A stretch of 32,000 bases of DNA, taken from assembly GCF_018398935.1 (NCBI RefSeq), contig NZ_CP074694.1, forward strand, positions 4,170,001 to 4,202,000, written 5' to 3'. Position numbers and translations under genes: made by a program. Source of the stretch: Telmatocola sphagniphila (GTDB lineage Bacteria; Planctomycetota; Planctomycetia; Gemmatales; Gemmataceae). Every line of letters starts with the position of its first letter. The stretch's first letter is position 1. The notes under the pieces are model-generated. The model ran no database searches and was not told the DNA's origin. It saw only the letters and a list, made by a program, of their open reading frames with translations. Below are positions 1-7,333 of this stretch, piece by piece.

Positions 1-97
1 TGCCGTGCCCGCAGCGTAACCTGTCGGGCGTGAAAGCGATACTCGAGATCCGGAATCAAAAAACCGCGCGTCATGAGCATCCTAGTCGGACAGGATT

Positions 98-634
98 TTA
101 GGGATCGACAACACCGCCAAGGATGCCAATGTAGGGCAGGTTCCGATATTCATCGTCGTAGTCGAGACCATAGCCCACCACGAACGCGTCGGGGATTTCG
201 AAGCCGAAGAAATCGGGATCGAGGGGAATTTTCTGGCGACCGACTTTACGCAGCAGCACCGCCACTCGCACGGAGGCCGCGCCCAGTTTGTGCATATGAC
301 CAACCATGTAGTGCAACGTCTGACCTGTATCGAGAATATCGTCGAGAATCAGCAGATGTTTGCCGCGCAGGTCTGGTAATAAATCGTCTTGAACTTTGAG
401 TTGGCCGGAAGTGGTGGAGGTGCCCCGATAACTGGAGGCTTGTACCAGAGCGATTCGCAAAGGCATCTCGAGTCGACGAATGAGGTCGGCCAGAAACACC
501 AGGCAACCGGTTAAAACACCGACGATGGTTATCGGTTGATCGCCATATACTTTGGTGATCTCGGCTGCGACTTCATCCACCCGCTTCTGAATCTCCGCCG
601 CAGAAATCATCGTCTGAATCGGCCGATCGCGCAT
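98..634 (-). CDS. hpt: hypoxanthine phosphoribosyltransferase
   Basis: ORF 98..661. PRPP-binding loop 'LLILDDILDTGQTL' and C-terminal signature 'FVVGYGLDYDDEYRNLPYIG'. The N-terminus 'MRDRPIQTMISAAEIQKRV' parallels E. coli Hpt (recalled from memory), so ATG 634 is preferred. ATG 661 and ATG 610 are alternatives. The stop at 98..100 is fixed. Confidence 0.9.
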   Translation of the reverse strand: MRDRPIQTMISAAEIQKRVDEVAAEITKVYGDQPITIVGVLTGCLVFLADLIRRLEMPLRIALVQASSYRGTSTTSGQLKVQDDLLPDLRGKHLLILDDILDTGQTLHYMVGHMHKLGAASVRVAVLLRKVGRQKIPLDPDFFGFEIPDAFVVGYGLDYDDEYRNLPYIGILGGVVDP

Positions 635-713
635 CGATTGCCATCCTCTCCCGGAAATCAATTTTAGCTATTGTATTTCCGGATCGGAGACAACGCAGAA
701 CTGTATCCCGGAA

Positions 714-1223
714 TTAGGCTCGAACGCTCAAGGCGTGCATCAGATGGCTCGTGAGAGTGGGAAGATCGCCATTTTCGCGAGCCGATATCAGATTGTCGTC
801 GACCACAACCGGTTCGTCCCGGTAGATGCCGCCGGCACTACGGATATCGTCTCGAATACCGGCGGCACAGGTCAAAGTTTTCCCATCGAGAGCACCGGCG
901 GAAATCAGCAATTGCGCCCCATGGCCGCAGATGCAAACCAGGCGATCTTCCTGAATGAAGGTGCGAGCGATGTCGACGGCCTCCTCACGCAGGCGCAGGC
1001 GTTCGGGAGAGTGGCCGCCAGGAATGTAGAGCAACTGATATTCAGAGGGATTGATCTCGTGGATCGGCATATCCGGCTCGATGACATAGCCATGCAAGCC
1101 GGTGAGTTTGTGAGTCGTGGCCGCAGCCAGGGTTACCTGGGTGCGTTCTTCCCGCAACCGGTAAAGAATGTGGAAAACTTGCAAATCTTCAAAACCGTCC
1201 GACAGAAGAAATACGGCTTTCAT
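714..1223 (-). CDS. DJ-1/PfpI family protein (type 1 glutamine amidotransferase-like fold), atypical active-site motif
   Basis: 169-aa ORF. 'YIPGGHSPERLR' and 'LVCICGHGAQLLISAG' match the PfpI/DJ-1 core over its whole length. The nucleophile elbow reads CICGHG rather than xICHG (see findings). Confidence 0.8.
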   Translation of the reverse strand: MKAVFLLSDGFEDLQVFHILYRLREERTQVTLAAATTHKLTGLHGYVIEPDMPIHEINPSEYQLLYIPGGHSPERLRLREEAVDIARTFIQEDRLVCICGHGAQLLISAGALDGKTLTCAAGIRDDIRSAGGIYRDEPVVVDDNLISARENGDLPTLTSHLMHALSVRA

Positions 1224-1347
1224 GCAGGAGCCCTTAAAACAAGAATGCGAGATGGCGGCCTATAGCTCATTCTATCCCACTTGTCACGCCCAAGTGGGGA
1301 CAACCTGGGTGGTCATTTTTTCAGACTCGTACAAGCGTTCAAGGCAA

Positions 1348-2571
1348 CTACTTTGCGGCCGCCTGCTCCACGGCTCGCATCACTCGCAAAAGATTACTGC
1401 CCAACACCTTAAGGATTTCCTCCTTCTTATAGCCGCGGTTCAGCAGTTCCTGAGTGATCTTCGGATAAGTTGACACATCCTCCAATTGGGTCGGCACAGC
1501 ACTGATGCCATCGAAATCGGAACCCAATCCCACGTGATCGATCCCGGCGACTTTGATGATGTGCTCGATGTGATCCACCACGTCGTGGATGCTGCAGGGA
1601 GGGGTTTTCATCGCTTTCACGTGCTCTTTCCAGGCTCGCTCCAGTTCTTTCTCATCCTTGATTTTTTCTTTCATTTCCCGGTATTCCTCAAACATTCGCT
1701 GGCTCAATCGAGCCCCTTCCGGGGAAACAAATCCCGGGAAGAAATTGACCATCACCACACCGTTGTTTTTCTTGACCTCTTTCAGAACATCATCTGGAAC
1801 ATTACGGGGATGATCGGCGATTGCCCGAGCGGACGAATGAGAAAAGATGACGGGAACTTTGGTGATTCGCAGCACATGCCGCATGGTATCGGGCGAGACG
1901 TGGGAGAGATCGACCATCATACCTAGTCGATTCATCTCGTGAACGATCTCTTCACCAAAAGGTGAAAGGCCATTGTTTTTCGGCTTATCCGTGGCCGAGT
2001 CCGCCCAATCGAGCGTCTCGGAGTGGGTCAAGGTCATGTACCGAACTCCCAGCATATAGAAAGTGCGCAGGGTACCGATGGAGTTGTCGATCGAATGGCC
2101 CCCTTCCACACCGATCAGCGAAGCGATTTTGCCGGTCTTGTGAATGCGCAAAATATCATCGACCGTATACGCCATCTCCAGATCCTGGGGATAGGTTTTC
2201 ACCATGCGGTGAATCACATCGATCTGTTCCAGGGTTTCCTTGACCGATTGCGAGCGAGGCCGGACAGAGGCATCGACATAGGCCGCCCAGAATTGTGCGC
2301 CCATACCCCCTTTTCGCAATCTCGGCAAATCGGTATGCAATTCCGGCTGATTTTTGGTGATATCAATCGTCTTAAAAGAGAAGTCTTTTTTGGCGCGATA
2401 TTGCCAGGGCAGATCGTTGTGACCATCTACAACAATCGCTTCCTGGTGGATGGCCAAAGCCTCCGGGGTTACGGTTACGAGTCCCCGTTTGGACTTGGTT
2501 TCCTGTGCCACAAGCGGTGCAGGAAATACGCCCAATGCAGCCGCGAATAAGAGAAGATAACGGTGAGTCAT
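1348..2571 (-). CDS. secreted membrane-dipeptidase family protein (peptidase M19, renal dipeptidase-like)
   Basis: 407-aa ORF. Signal peptide 'MTHRYLLLFAAALGVFPAPLVA/QE'. M19 hallmarks 'VVDGHNDLPWQ', 'GVEGGHSI', 'MTLTHSE', 'VDLSHVS', 'IFSHSSARA', 'GLGSDFDG'. Confidence 0.9.
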   Translation of the reverse strand: MTHRYLLLFAAALGVFPAPLVAQETKSKRGLVTVTPEALAIHQEAIVVDGHNDLPWQYRAKKDFSFKTIDITKNQPELHTDLPRLRKGGMGAQFWAAYVDASVRPRSQSVKETLEQIDVIHRMVKTYPQDLEMAYTVDDILRIHKTGKIASLIGVEGGHSIDNSIGTLRTFYMLGVRYMTLTHSETLDWADSATDKPKNNGLSPFGEEIVHEMNRLGMMVDLSHVSPDTMRHVLRITKVPVIFSHSSARAIADHPRNVPDDVLKEVKKNNGVVMVNFFPGFVSPEGARLSQRMFEEYREMKEKIKDEKELERAWKEHVKAMKTPPCSIHDVVDHIEHIIKVAGIDHVGLGSDFDGISAVPTQLEDVSTYPKITQELLNRGYKKEEILKVLGSNLLRVMRAVEQAAAK

Positions 2572-2626
2572 AAGATGCCTGAAGATTGAAGGAAGGGATA
2601 TTTAGGTATTTTGTACAGAAAGTTCT

Positions 2627-2707
2627 TCACCTAATTTTTTAAGAGATAGCTGTTGACATCCAAAAAGTTCAAGTGCATAATAACCTATGTCTTAAAGAAT
2701 TAGGTGA
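2627..2707. repeat. 18-nt inverted repeat pair (17/18 complementary) bracketing the predicted promoter; candidate operator pair
   Basis: Arm 1 is 2627..2644 'tcacctaattttttaaga'. Arm 2 is 2690..2707 'tcttaaagaattaggtga'. The reverse complement of arm 1 differs from arm 2 at one base. The 45-nt spacer holds the -35 and -10 boxes. Arm centres are 63 bp apart, about 6 helical turns. Arm 2 covers the predicted +1 and the AGGTGA Shine-Dalgarno-like site 4 nt before ATG 2711. Confidence 0.6.
2653..2681 (+). promoter_or_regulatory. sigma70-like promoter for the blaI-like/M56 operon
   Basis: TTGACA (2653..2658), a 17-nt spacer, then CATAAT (2676..2681), about 30 nt upstream of ATG 2711 in an AT-rich divergent intergenic region. 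This is a consensus match only; the TSS is not known. Confidence 0.45.
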
Positions 2708-2710
2708 GAC

Positions 2711-3118
2711 ATGAGCAAATTGGATGCGCTACCCACCCCGACGGGTCGGGAATTGGAAATCCTGAAGGTACTTTGGGAAAAGGGTCCTTCGAGCGTGCGT
2801 GTCGTGCACGAATTTCTGCAGCCTGCGGATGATGAAGAACTGGCTTATAATACGGTTCAGACTCTGCTGCGGGTTATGGAAGCGAAGCAACTGGTATCGC
2901 ATCATGTGGAAGGCCGGACTTTCGTCTACACGCCCAACTTCAGTCGGGAACAAAGTACTTCCCGATTTTTGCACCGGGTTTTTGACGGGGCGGCCTCACA
3001 GCTGGTTTTAACTTTACTGCGTACGGAGCGTCTTTCTTCCAGCGAGTTGGACGAACTCCAGCAGATGATCAATAAAGCTCGAGAAGAAAAGGTCTCCAAG
3101 GGGAGCTGTCATGAATAA
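2711..3118 (+). CDS. BlaI/MecI/CopY family transcriptional repressor (winged helix)
   Basis: 135 aa. 'GRELEILKVLWEKGPSSVRVVHEFL...AYNTVQTLLRVMEAKQLVSHHVEGRTFVYTP' is the classic penicillinase-repressor N-terminal domain. The C-terminal helical dimerisation region is present. The stop overlaps the next start by 8 nt. Confidence 0.9.
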   Translation: MSKLDALPTPTGRELEILKVLWEKGPSSVRVVHEFLQPADDEELAYNTVQTLLRVMEAKQLVSHHVEGRTFVYTPNFSREQSTSRFLHRVFDGAASQLVLTLLRTERLSSSELDELQQMINKAREEKVSKGSCHE

Positions 3119-5135
3119 CGACAGCCTGTTGATTTCGATCCGCATCGCTTTAGGTGGTTTAGCCATCTGGACAATGGGGTATCTGCTGGTGAAGGCTCTG
3201 GGGCAGCCCGCGCGTCGACTCCGGGCAGGCGTCTTCACTCTGGCAGCGTCTCTGTTGCTGATACCGCTCAGCTTTGCGCCCAGCTGGATTGCCCTGCCTT
3301 GGAGCAACCCGTGGCCGGAAAAGAACTCTACGTCCACTACTGTTGTCGAAAAATCCACCACCGAAGCCGCGCCTAGCTCGGTGATGGTGGTCTATACGCT
3401 CCCGACCAGGAGAGCCTCTACTGTAGCAGTAGAGCCCATCCCCCGGGAACAGCTCAGTGAAACGATCGCTCCCGTATTGTATTTTCATTGGACCAGCCTG
3501 ATTCCTTATGGAATCTTCCTTCTGAGCGGGATTTCAGTGGTGTTATTCGCTCGGCTGCTCCGAGGTACCTGGGTGCTGCGTCATCTTTGGCAGGAAAGCC
3601 AGGAGCTCAGCTATCCTATCAAAGGCCTCTGGAAGGAAATTCAGACCGATGTGCGGATCTCCGGAAGTTGCAGGATGCTCGACCCGCTCCCCACGGCGAT
3701 GTGCTTCGGGATGTTTCGTCCAAGAGTTTTGATTCCCGAGATTATGACTCGATCGAATGGATTCACAGCCTTACGCTGGGTGCTGACGCATGAAGCTAAT
3801 CATTTGAAACGAAAAGATCCGCTGGTGAATTGGCTTCTGGAATTGGCCGGTGTGTTTTATTTCTGGTGTCCAACCTACTGGTTATTGCGACGGGACATGC
3901 GGCGAAATCAGGAGTATCTCGCCGATGCGGCCGTCGCCCGGGAGCAAGCCAATACGGCAGAATACGCCCAATTTTTAATCGACAGTCTCGGCGTGGCTTC
4001 ATTACCGCGAGGAGCCGCCGCCGTGTTTCCCAAACGTTCAGAACTTTTTCGGAGAGTGCATATGTTGATTCATCGACAGGAAAATCTCGAATCCCAACCG
4101 CCCCGTAAGTGGAATTTTTTGACCGGTGCCACCATCTTAGCGTCCGCAGTCCTGGTGGCAGGTCTTGGCCTCAAGAGTCAGACAGCTATCGCGCAGGATA
4201 ACAAACCCAAGACGGAAGAAACCAAGAAATCTCCCGAAGACGAATTGGCTGAAAAGCAGAAGAAACTGAAAGCAGAGCTCGAAAAACTGGACGCGGAACG
4301 AAAAGGCCAGAATGCAGGTAACGTTCCTGCAGCACCCGCCGTACCGGTACCTCCACAAATCCCGGCAATGCCCGCGCTTCCCAACTTCCAACTCCGGGTC
4401 ATTCCTCTGGAAGGCTTGGATAATATGAAGGAACTTCAGGAAGCCATGAAGCAAATGGAAGCGCTGCAGCTTCAGCTGGGGAATGGCCAACTTCAGGGCT
4501 TCCAGTTTGGCAACCCGATGATGCTCAACGGCATGAATGCCAAACCTCGATTGGGCGTGCGGGTTTCGACCCCACCAGCCGAGTTGATCGAACAACTGGA
4601 ACTCCCACCCAACCAGGGCGTGCTGGTGAAAGAAGTCGTTCCGGGAACGCCGGCTGAAAAGGCGGGCTTGAAACCTAACGACGTGCTGATGGAAATTGGC
4701 GGCAAGAAAGTTCCTCCCACCTCGGAAGAGTTGCCGAAGTTTCTGGAAGGCTTCAAAGCCAACGAAAACCTCGATGTGAAGGTGATCCGCAAAGGCAAAC
4801 CCGAAAAATTGAGCGGTCTGAAACTTCCTGAAGTGGCCAAGGCCGATGCAAAAATGGTATTCCCGCAAATGAACGGATTGCAGTTGAACGGATTCCCGGG
4901 GGGCTTAGGTAACTTTAACAGTACGAGTGTCTCCATCGTCAATGGCGACTTCACCATCGAGTCTCGCAACAACGAGGAGAGTATTACCGTTAAGGGGCAT
5001 ATGGAAGGTGGCAAGAAGGATGTGTCCAGCGTGACCGTTAAAGCGGGAGACAAGTCGACCAGTTACGACAGTCTCGACAAAGTTCCCGCTCAGCAGAAGG
5101 AAAGAGTGAATAAGCTGCTGGAAGGTGTTCGGTAA
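3111..5135 (+). CDS. M56 family (BlaR1/MecR1-like) membrane metalloprotease with C-terminal coiled-coil, HtrA-type PDZ domain and a beta-rich tail
   Basis: 674 aa. N-terminal TM helices. Zinc motif 'HEANH' at aa 227-231 (nt 3789..3803) followed by 'LKRKD'. Further TM helix at about aa 337-355. K/E-rich 'EDELAEKQKKLKAELEKLDAERK'. PDZ at about aa 479-572 (nt 4545..4826): 'RLGVRVSTPPAELIEQLELPPNQGVLVKEVVPGTPAEKAGLKPNDVLMEIGGKKV'. No SxxK/KTG penicillin-binding sensor is visible. Confidence 0.85.
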   Translation: MNNDSLLISIRIALGGLAIWTMGYLLVKALGQPARRLRAGVFTLAASLLLIPLSFAPSWIALPWSNPWPEKNSTSTTVVEKSTTEAAPSSVMVVYTLPTRRASTVAVEPIPREQLSETIAPVLYFHWTSLIPYGIFLLSGISVVLFARLLRGTWVLRHLWQESQELSYPIKGLWKEIQTDVRISGSCRMLDPLPTAMCFGMFRPRVLIPEIMTRSNGFTALRWVLTHEANHLKRKDPLVNWLLELAGVFYFWCPTYWLLRRDMRRNQEYLADAAVAREQANTAEYAQFLIDSLGVASLPRGAAAVFPKRSELFRRVHMLIHRQENLESQPPRKWNFLTGATILASAVLVAGLGLKSQTAIAQDNKPKTEETKKSPEDELAEKQKKLKAELEKLDAERKGQNAGNVPAAPAVPVPPQIPAMPALPNFQLRVIPLEGLDNMKELQEAMKQMEALQLQLGNGQLQGFQFGNPMMLNGMNAKPRLGVRVSTPPAELIEQLELPPNQGVLVKEVVPGTPAEKAGLKPNDVLMEIGGKKVPPTSEELPKFLEGFKANENLDVKVIRKGKPEKLSGLKLPEVAKADAKMVFPQMNGLQLNGFPGGLGNFNSTSVSIVNGDFTIESRNNEESITVKGHMEGGKKDVSSVTVKAGDKSTSYDSLDKVPAQQKERVNKLLEGVR

Positions 5136-5155
5136 CCCTTCGCGATTTTGAGATT

Positions 5156-5191
5156 GAAGCCCCTGTGATTTGGAGAGATCACCGGGGCTTC
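5156..5191. terminator. strong hairpin between convergent M56 gene and msrA (possible bidirectional terminator)
   Basis: Arms 5156..5169 'gaagcccctgtgat' and 5178..5191 'atcaccggggcttc' pair at 13/14 positions with an 8-nt loop. Only a weak T-tract ('tgaattt') follows on + and none on -, so the intrinsic-terminator call is tentative. Confidence 0.45.
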
Positions 5192-5196
5192 TGAAT

Positions 5197-5742
5197 TTAC
5201 TTCTTCTTCAACTGCTCCAAAAACATCTTTCGAAACTTTGTGACCTTGGGAGCAATGACCGCGGCGCAGTATCCCTGTTCCGGATTATTGCGAAAATACT
5301 CCTGGTGATAATCTTCTGCCATGTAAAAGGTCACTGCCGGGGCAATTTGGGTCACAATCGGTTGAGGATAGATCTTCTTTTCACCAATCTCGCGGATGAC
5401 CTCTTCCGCCGTCTTTTTCTGTTCCTCGGTGTGATAAAAAATCACCGAGCGGTACTGCGTACCGACGTCCGCGCCTTGTCGATTTAGCGTTGTAGGATCA
5501 TGCGATAATAAGAAAGCGATCACCAGATCGCGATACGAAATTTTCGTCGGATCGAAGGTGACCTGCACCACCTCGGCATGGTCTGTTTGTCCCGCACAAA
5601 CTTCCCGATAGCTGGGGTTCTTTGCCCAACCGCCGCTGTAACCCGATTCGACCAGGATTACCCCTTCCAACAACTCCAGTACCGCTTCGACGCACCAGAA
5701 GCAGCCCCCACCCAAAGTTGCAATTTCGGTATTTTCACTCAT
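5197..5742 (-). CDS. msrA: peptide-methionine (S)-S-oxide reductase
   Basis: Contains 'ATLGGGCFWCVEAV', 'GYSGG...NPSYREVCAGQTDHAEVVQVTFDP' and 'AEDYHQEYF'. ATG 5742 (MSENTEIATLGGGCFWC) fits the usual short N-terminus. The longest ORF extends to 5766. Confidence 0.9.
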   Translation of the reverse strand: MSENTEIATLGGGCFWCVEAVLELLEGVILVESGYSGGWAKNPSYREVCAGQTDHAEVVQVTFDPTKISYRDLVIAFLLSHDPTTLNRQGADVGTQYRSVIFYHTEEQKKTAEEVIREIGEKKIYPQPIVTQIAPAVTFYMAEDYHQEYFRNNPEQGYCAAVIAPKVTKFRKMFLEQLKKK

Positions 5743-5884
5743 AGTTGTCCCCTTTATGTACTTCAATCATAGACCGGAGAGTCAAAAATTTCGCACTTCG
5801 CCTTGGCGCTTCCTACAGATTCCGGGATACTGAAATCGAATCTCGAGACGAGCGACTTGAGCGGGCGACGGGCAAGGATGCCTC

Positions 5885-7324
5885 ATGCTGTTCTGTACCA
5901 AAGATTTTCTGTTCTTCTACCTGGCAGTCTTTTGCCTCTACTGGGCCACTCCTAATGCCCGGGCTCGCGTCTGGTTACTCCTCATTTCGAGTTACATTTT
6001 TTATGCCACGTGGAACCACTGGCTCGCCCTGCTGATTGTCGTTACTTCGGGAGCCGATTTTCTGCTGGCCCAGCGTATAGAGAAAGCCATTAGCATCAGA
6101 ACCCGAAAAGCTCTTTTGAGCTTCAGCGTTCTCATGAACATCGGGCTTCTGGTTTATTTCAAGTATGCCAACTTCTTTCTGGATTCACTCGAACAAACTC
6201 TCAGATCGGCGGGAGCGGAAGTTTCGCTCCCCACTCTGAAAGTCATACTCCCCATCGGCATTTCATTTTACACCTTCGAAGCGATTAACTACATCGTGGA
6301 CGTTTACCGGGGCCGGTTGAAAGCCGAGAAGAACCTGGCCCATTTTCTGTTGTTCATCCTGTTCTTTCCACACCTGATTGCCGGGCCAATAGTCCGAGCC
6401 CGAGACTTCCTTCCACAAATCAACCGCCCCAAACGCTGGGACTGGGCACGATTCACCCTCGGCGGCTGGCTTTTTATTCTCGGCCTGTTTATGAAACTCG
6501 CCCTAGCCGATCGTATGGCCCTGATCGTCGACCCGGTTTTTGAGAATCCCGAAAGATTCGACGCTCAAGCCAATTGGATGGCCGCGATCGGCTTCGCGAT
6601 ACAGGTATTCTGCGATTTTTCCGGATATACCAACATGGCTTTGGGTACCGCGCATATGCTTGGCTACAAGCTGACGCCGAATTTCGCGATGCCATTTCTC
6701 TCCCGAAACCTCGGTGAATTCTGGCGCCGCTGGCACATGAGTCTATCCAGCTGGCTGCGCGACTATCTGTTTATTCCCCTCGGTGGGAGCCGGGGCAGCA
6801 CGCTCTTCGTATGTCGGAATCTGATCATCACCATGACGATCGGCGGTCTCTGGCATGGTGCGAACTGGAACATGGTTCTGTGGGGCACGCTGATGGGCTT
6901 GCTCTTGTGCCTTCATCGGATCTTTAATCTGTTCATTCAACCCTGGCCGTCCTTCAACAGCTTTCTTCGTAGCACATATCTGACACCTATCTGCGTAGGC
7001 TGCACTCTTCTTTTATTCGTACTCTCACTGGTGGTGTTTCGCACCCCGAGTTTGCGGGCCACCGGATTTATGTTTGAAGGATTATTGGGAGGGCAAGGAA
7101 CTCAGGCCGCCCCGCTCCCTTTACGGAGCTTGCTGGTGACCATTCTGCTCCTGATCGTTGGCCATGCCTGGGGAGTGTATCTTCGCGATAATCGTTTCGC
7201 CTGGCGGAGATTGTTTCGCACGGCCCCGCCCTCGCTCTTGGGCTTCGCATACGCGGGCATGGTGACTCTGGCCATCGTGCTGGGTCCCGGTTCGAGTAAA
7301 GCTTTTATTTACTTTCAGTTTTAA
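5885..7324 (+). CDS. MBOAT family membrane O-acyltransferase (AlgI/DltB/PatA-like)
   Basis: 479 aa, polytopic. 'FWRRWHMSLSSWLRDYLFIPLGGSRG' carries the conserved MBOAT His. A second 'GGLWHGANW' motif is present. The N-terminus 'MLFCTKDFLFFYL' is typical of AlgI/DltB. Confidence 0.9.
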   Translation: MLFCTKDFLFFYLAVFCLYWATPNARARVWLLLISSYIFYATWNHWLALLIVVTSGADFLLAQRIEKAISIRTRKALLSFSVLMNIGLLVYFKYANFFLDSLEQTLRSAGAEVSLPTLKVILPIGISFYTFEAINYIVDVYRGRLKAEKNLAHFLLFILFFPHLIAGPIVRARDFLPQINRPKRWDWARFTLGGWLFILGLFMKLALADRMALIVDPVFENPERFDAQANWMAAIGFAIQVFCDFSGYTNMALGTAHMLGYKLTPNFAMPFLSRNLGEFWRRWHMSLSSWLRDYLFIPLGGSRGSTLFVCRNLIITMTIGGLWHGANWNMVLWGTLMGLLLCLHRIFNLFIQPWPSFNSFLRSTYLTPICVGCTLLLFVLSLVVFRTPSLRATGFMFEGLLGGQGTQAAPLPLRSLLVTILLLIVGHAWGVYLRDNRFAWRRLFRTAPPSLLGFAYAGMVTLAIVLGPGSSKAFIYFQF

Positions 7325-7333
7325 ATCGAAAAT

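Noticed and set aside
1-74. Possible 5' end of a minus-strand gene starting at ATG 74..72 ('MTRGFLIPDLEYRFHARQVTLRAR...'), 23 nt downstream of the hpt stop and running off the left edge.
   Set aside because: Only 24 codons are visible, they contain no recognisable motif, and I could not assess codon bias. It is too little to support a feature call.
735-1265. 176-aa plus-strand ORF antisense to the DJ-1/PfpI gene. Similar long antisense ORFs lie at 2023..2550, 10745..11350, 11372..11914, 18227..18724, 22687..23157, 27206..27655 and 30750..31319.
   Set aside because: Each lies fully inside, and opposite to, an ORF with clear family motifs. Their translations are Arg/Gly/low-complexity rich with no motifs. 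This is the typical stop-codon-poor shadow frame of a moderately GC-rich genome.
1276-1298. Perfect 8-bp hairpin (cccacttg / caagtggg, 7-nt loop) between the dipeptidase and DJ-1 genes.
   Set aside because: No U-tract follows on the transcribed strand, so I cannot distinguish a terminator or attenuator from a chance structure. It is not reported as a feature.
2612-2617. TGTACA palindrome upstream of the blaI-like gene as a BlaI/MecI/CopY-type TACAnnTGTA operator.
   Set aside because: The half-sites are in the wrong arrangement and the motif is a single 6-mer. The 18-nt inverted repeat is a far stronger operator candidate.
4137-4868. 243-aa minus-strand ORF (and 4493..5053, 186 aa) opposite the C-terminal half of the M56-PDZ gene.
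   Set aside because: The translation is repetitive F/L/R/Q-rich nonsense mirroring the K/E/L-rich sense strand. The sense frame carries an unmistakable PDZ domain.
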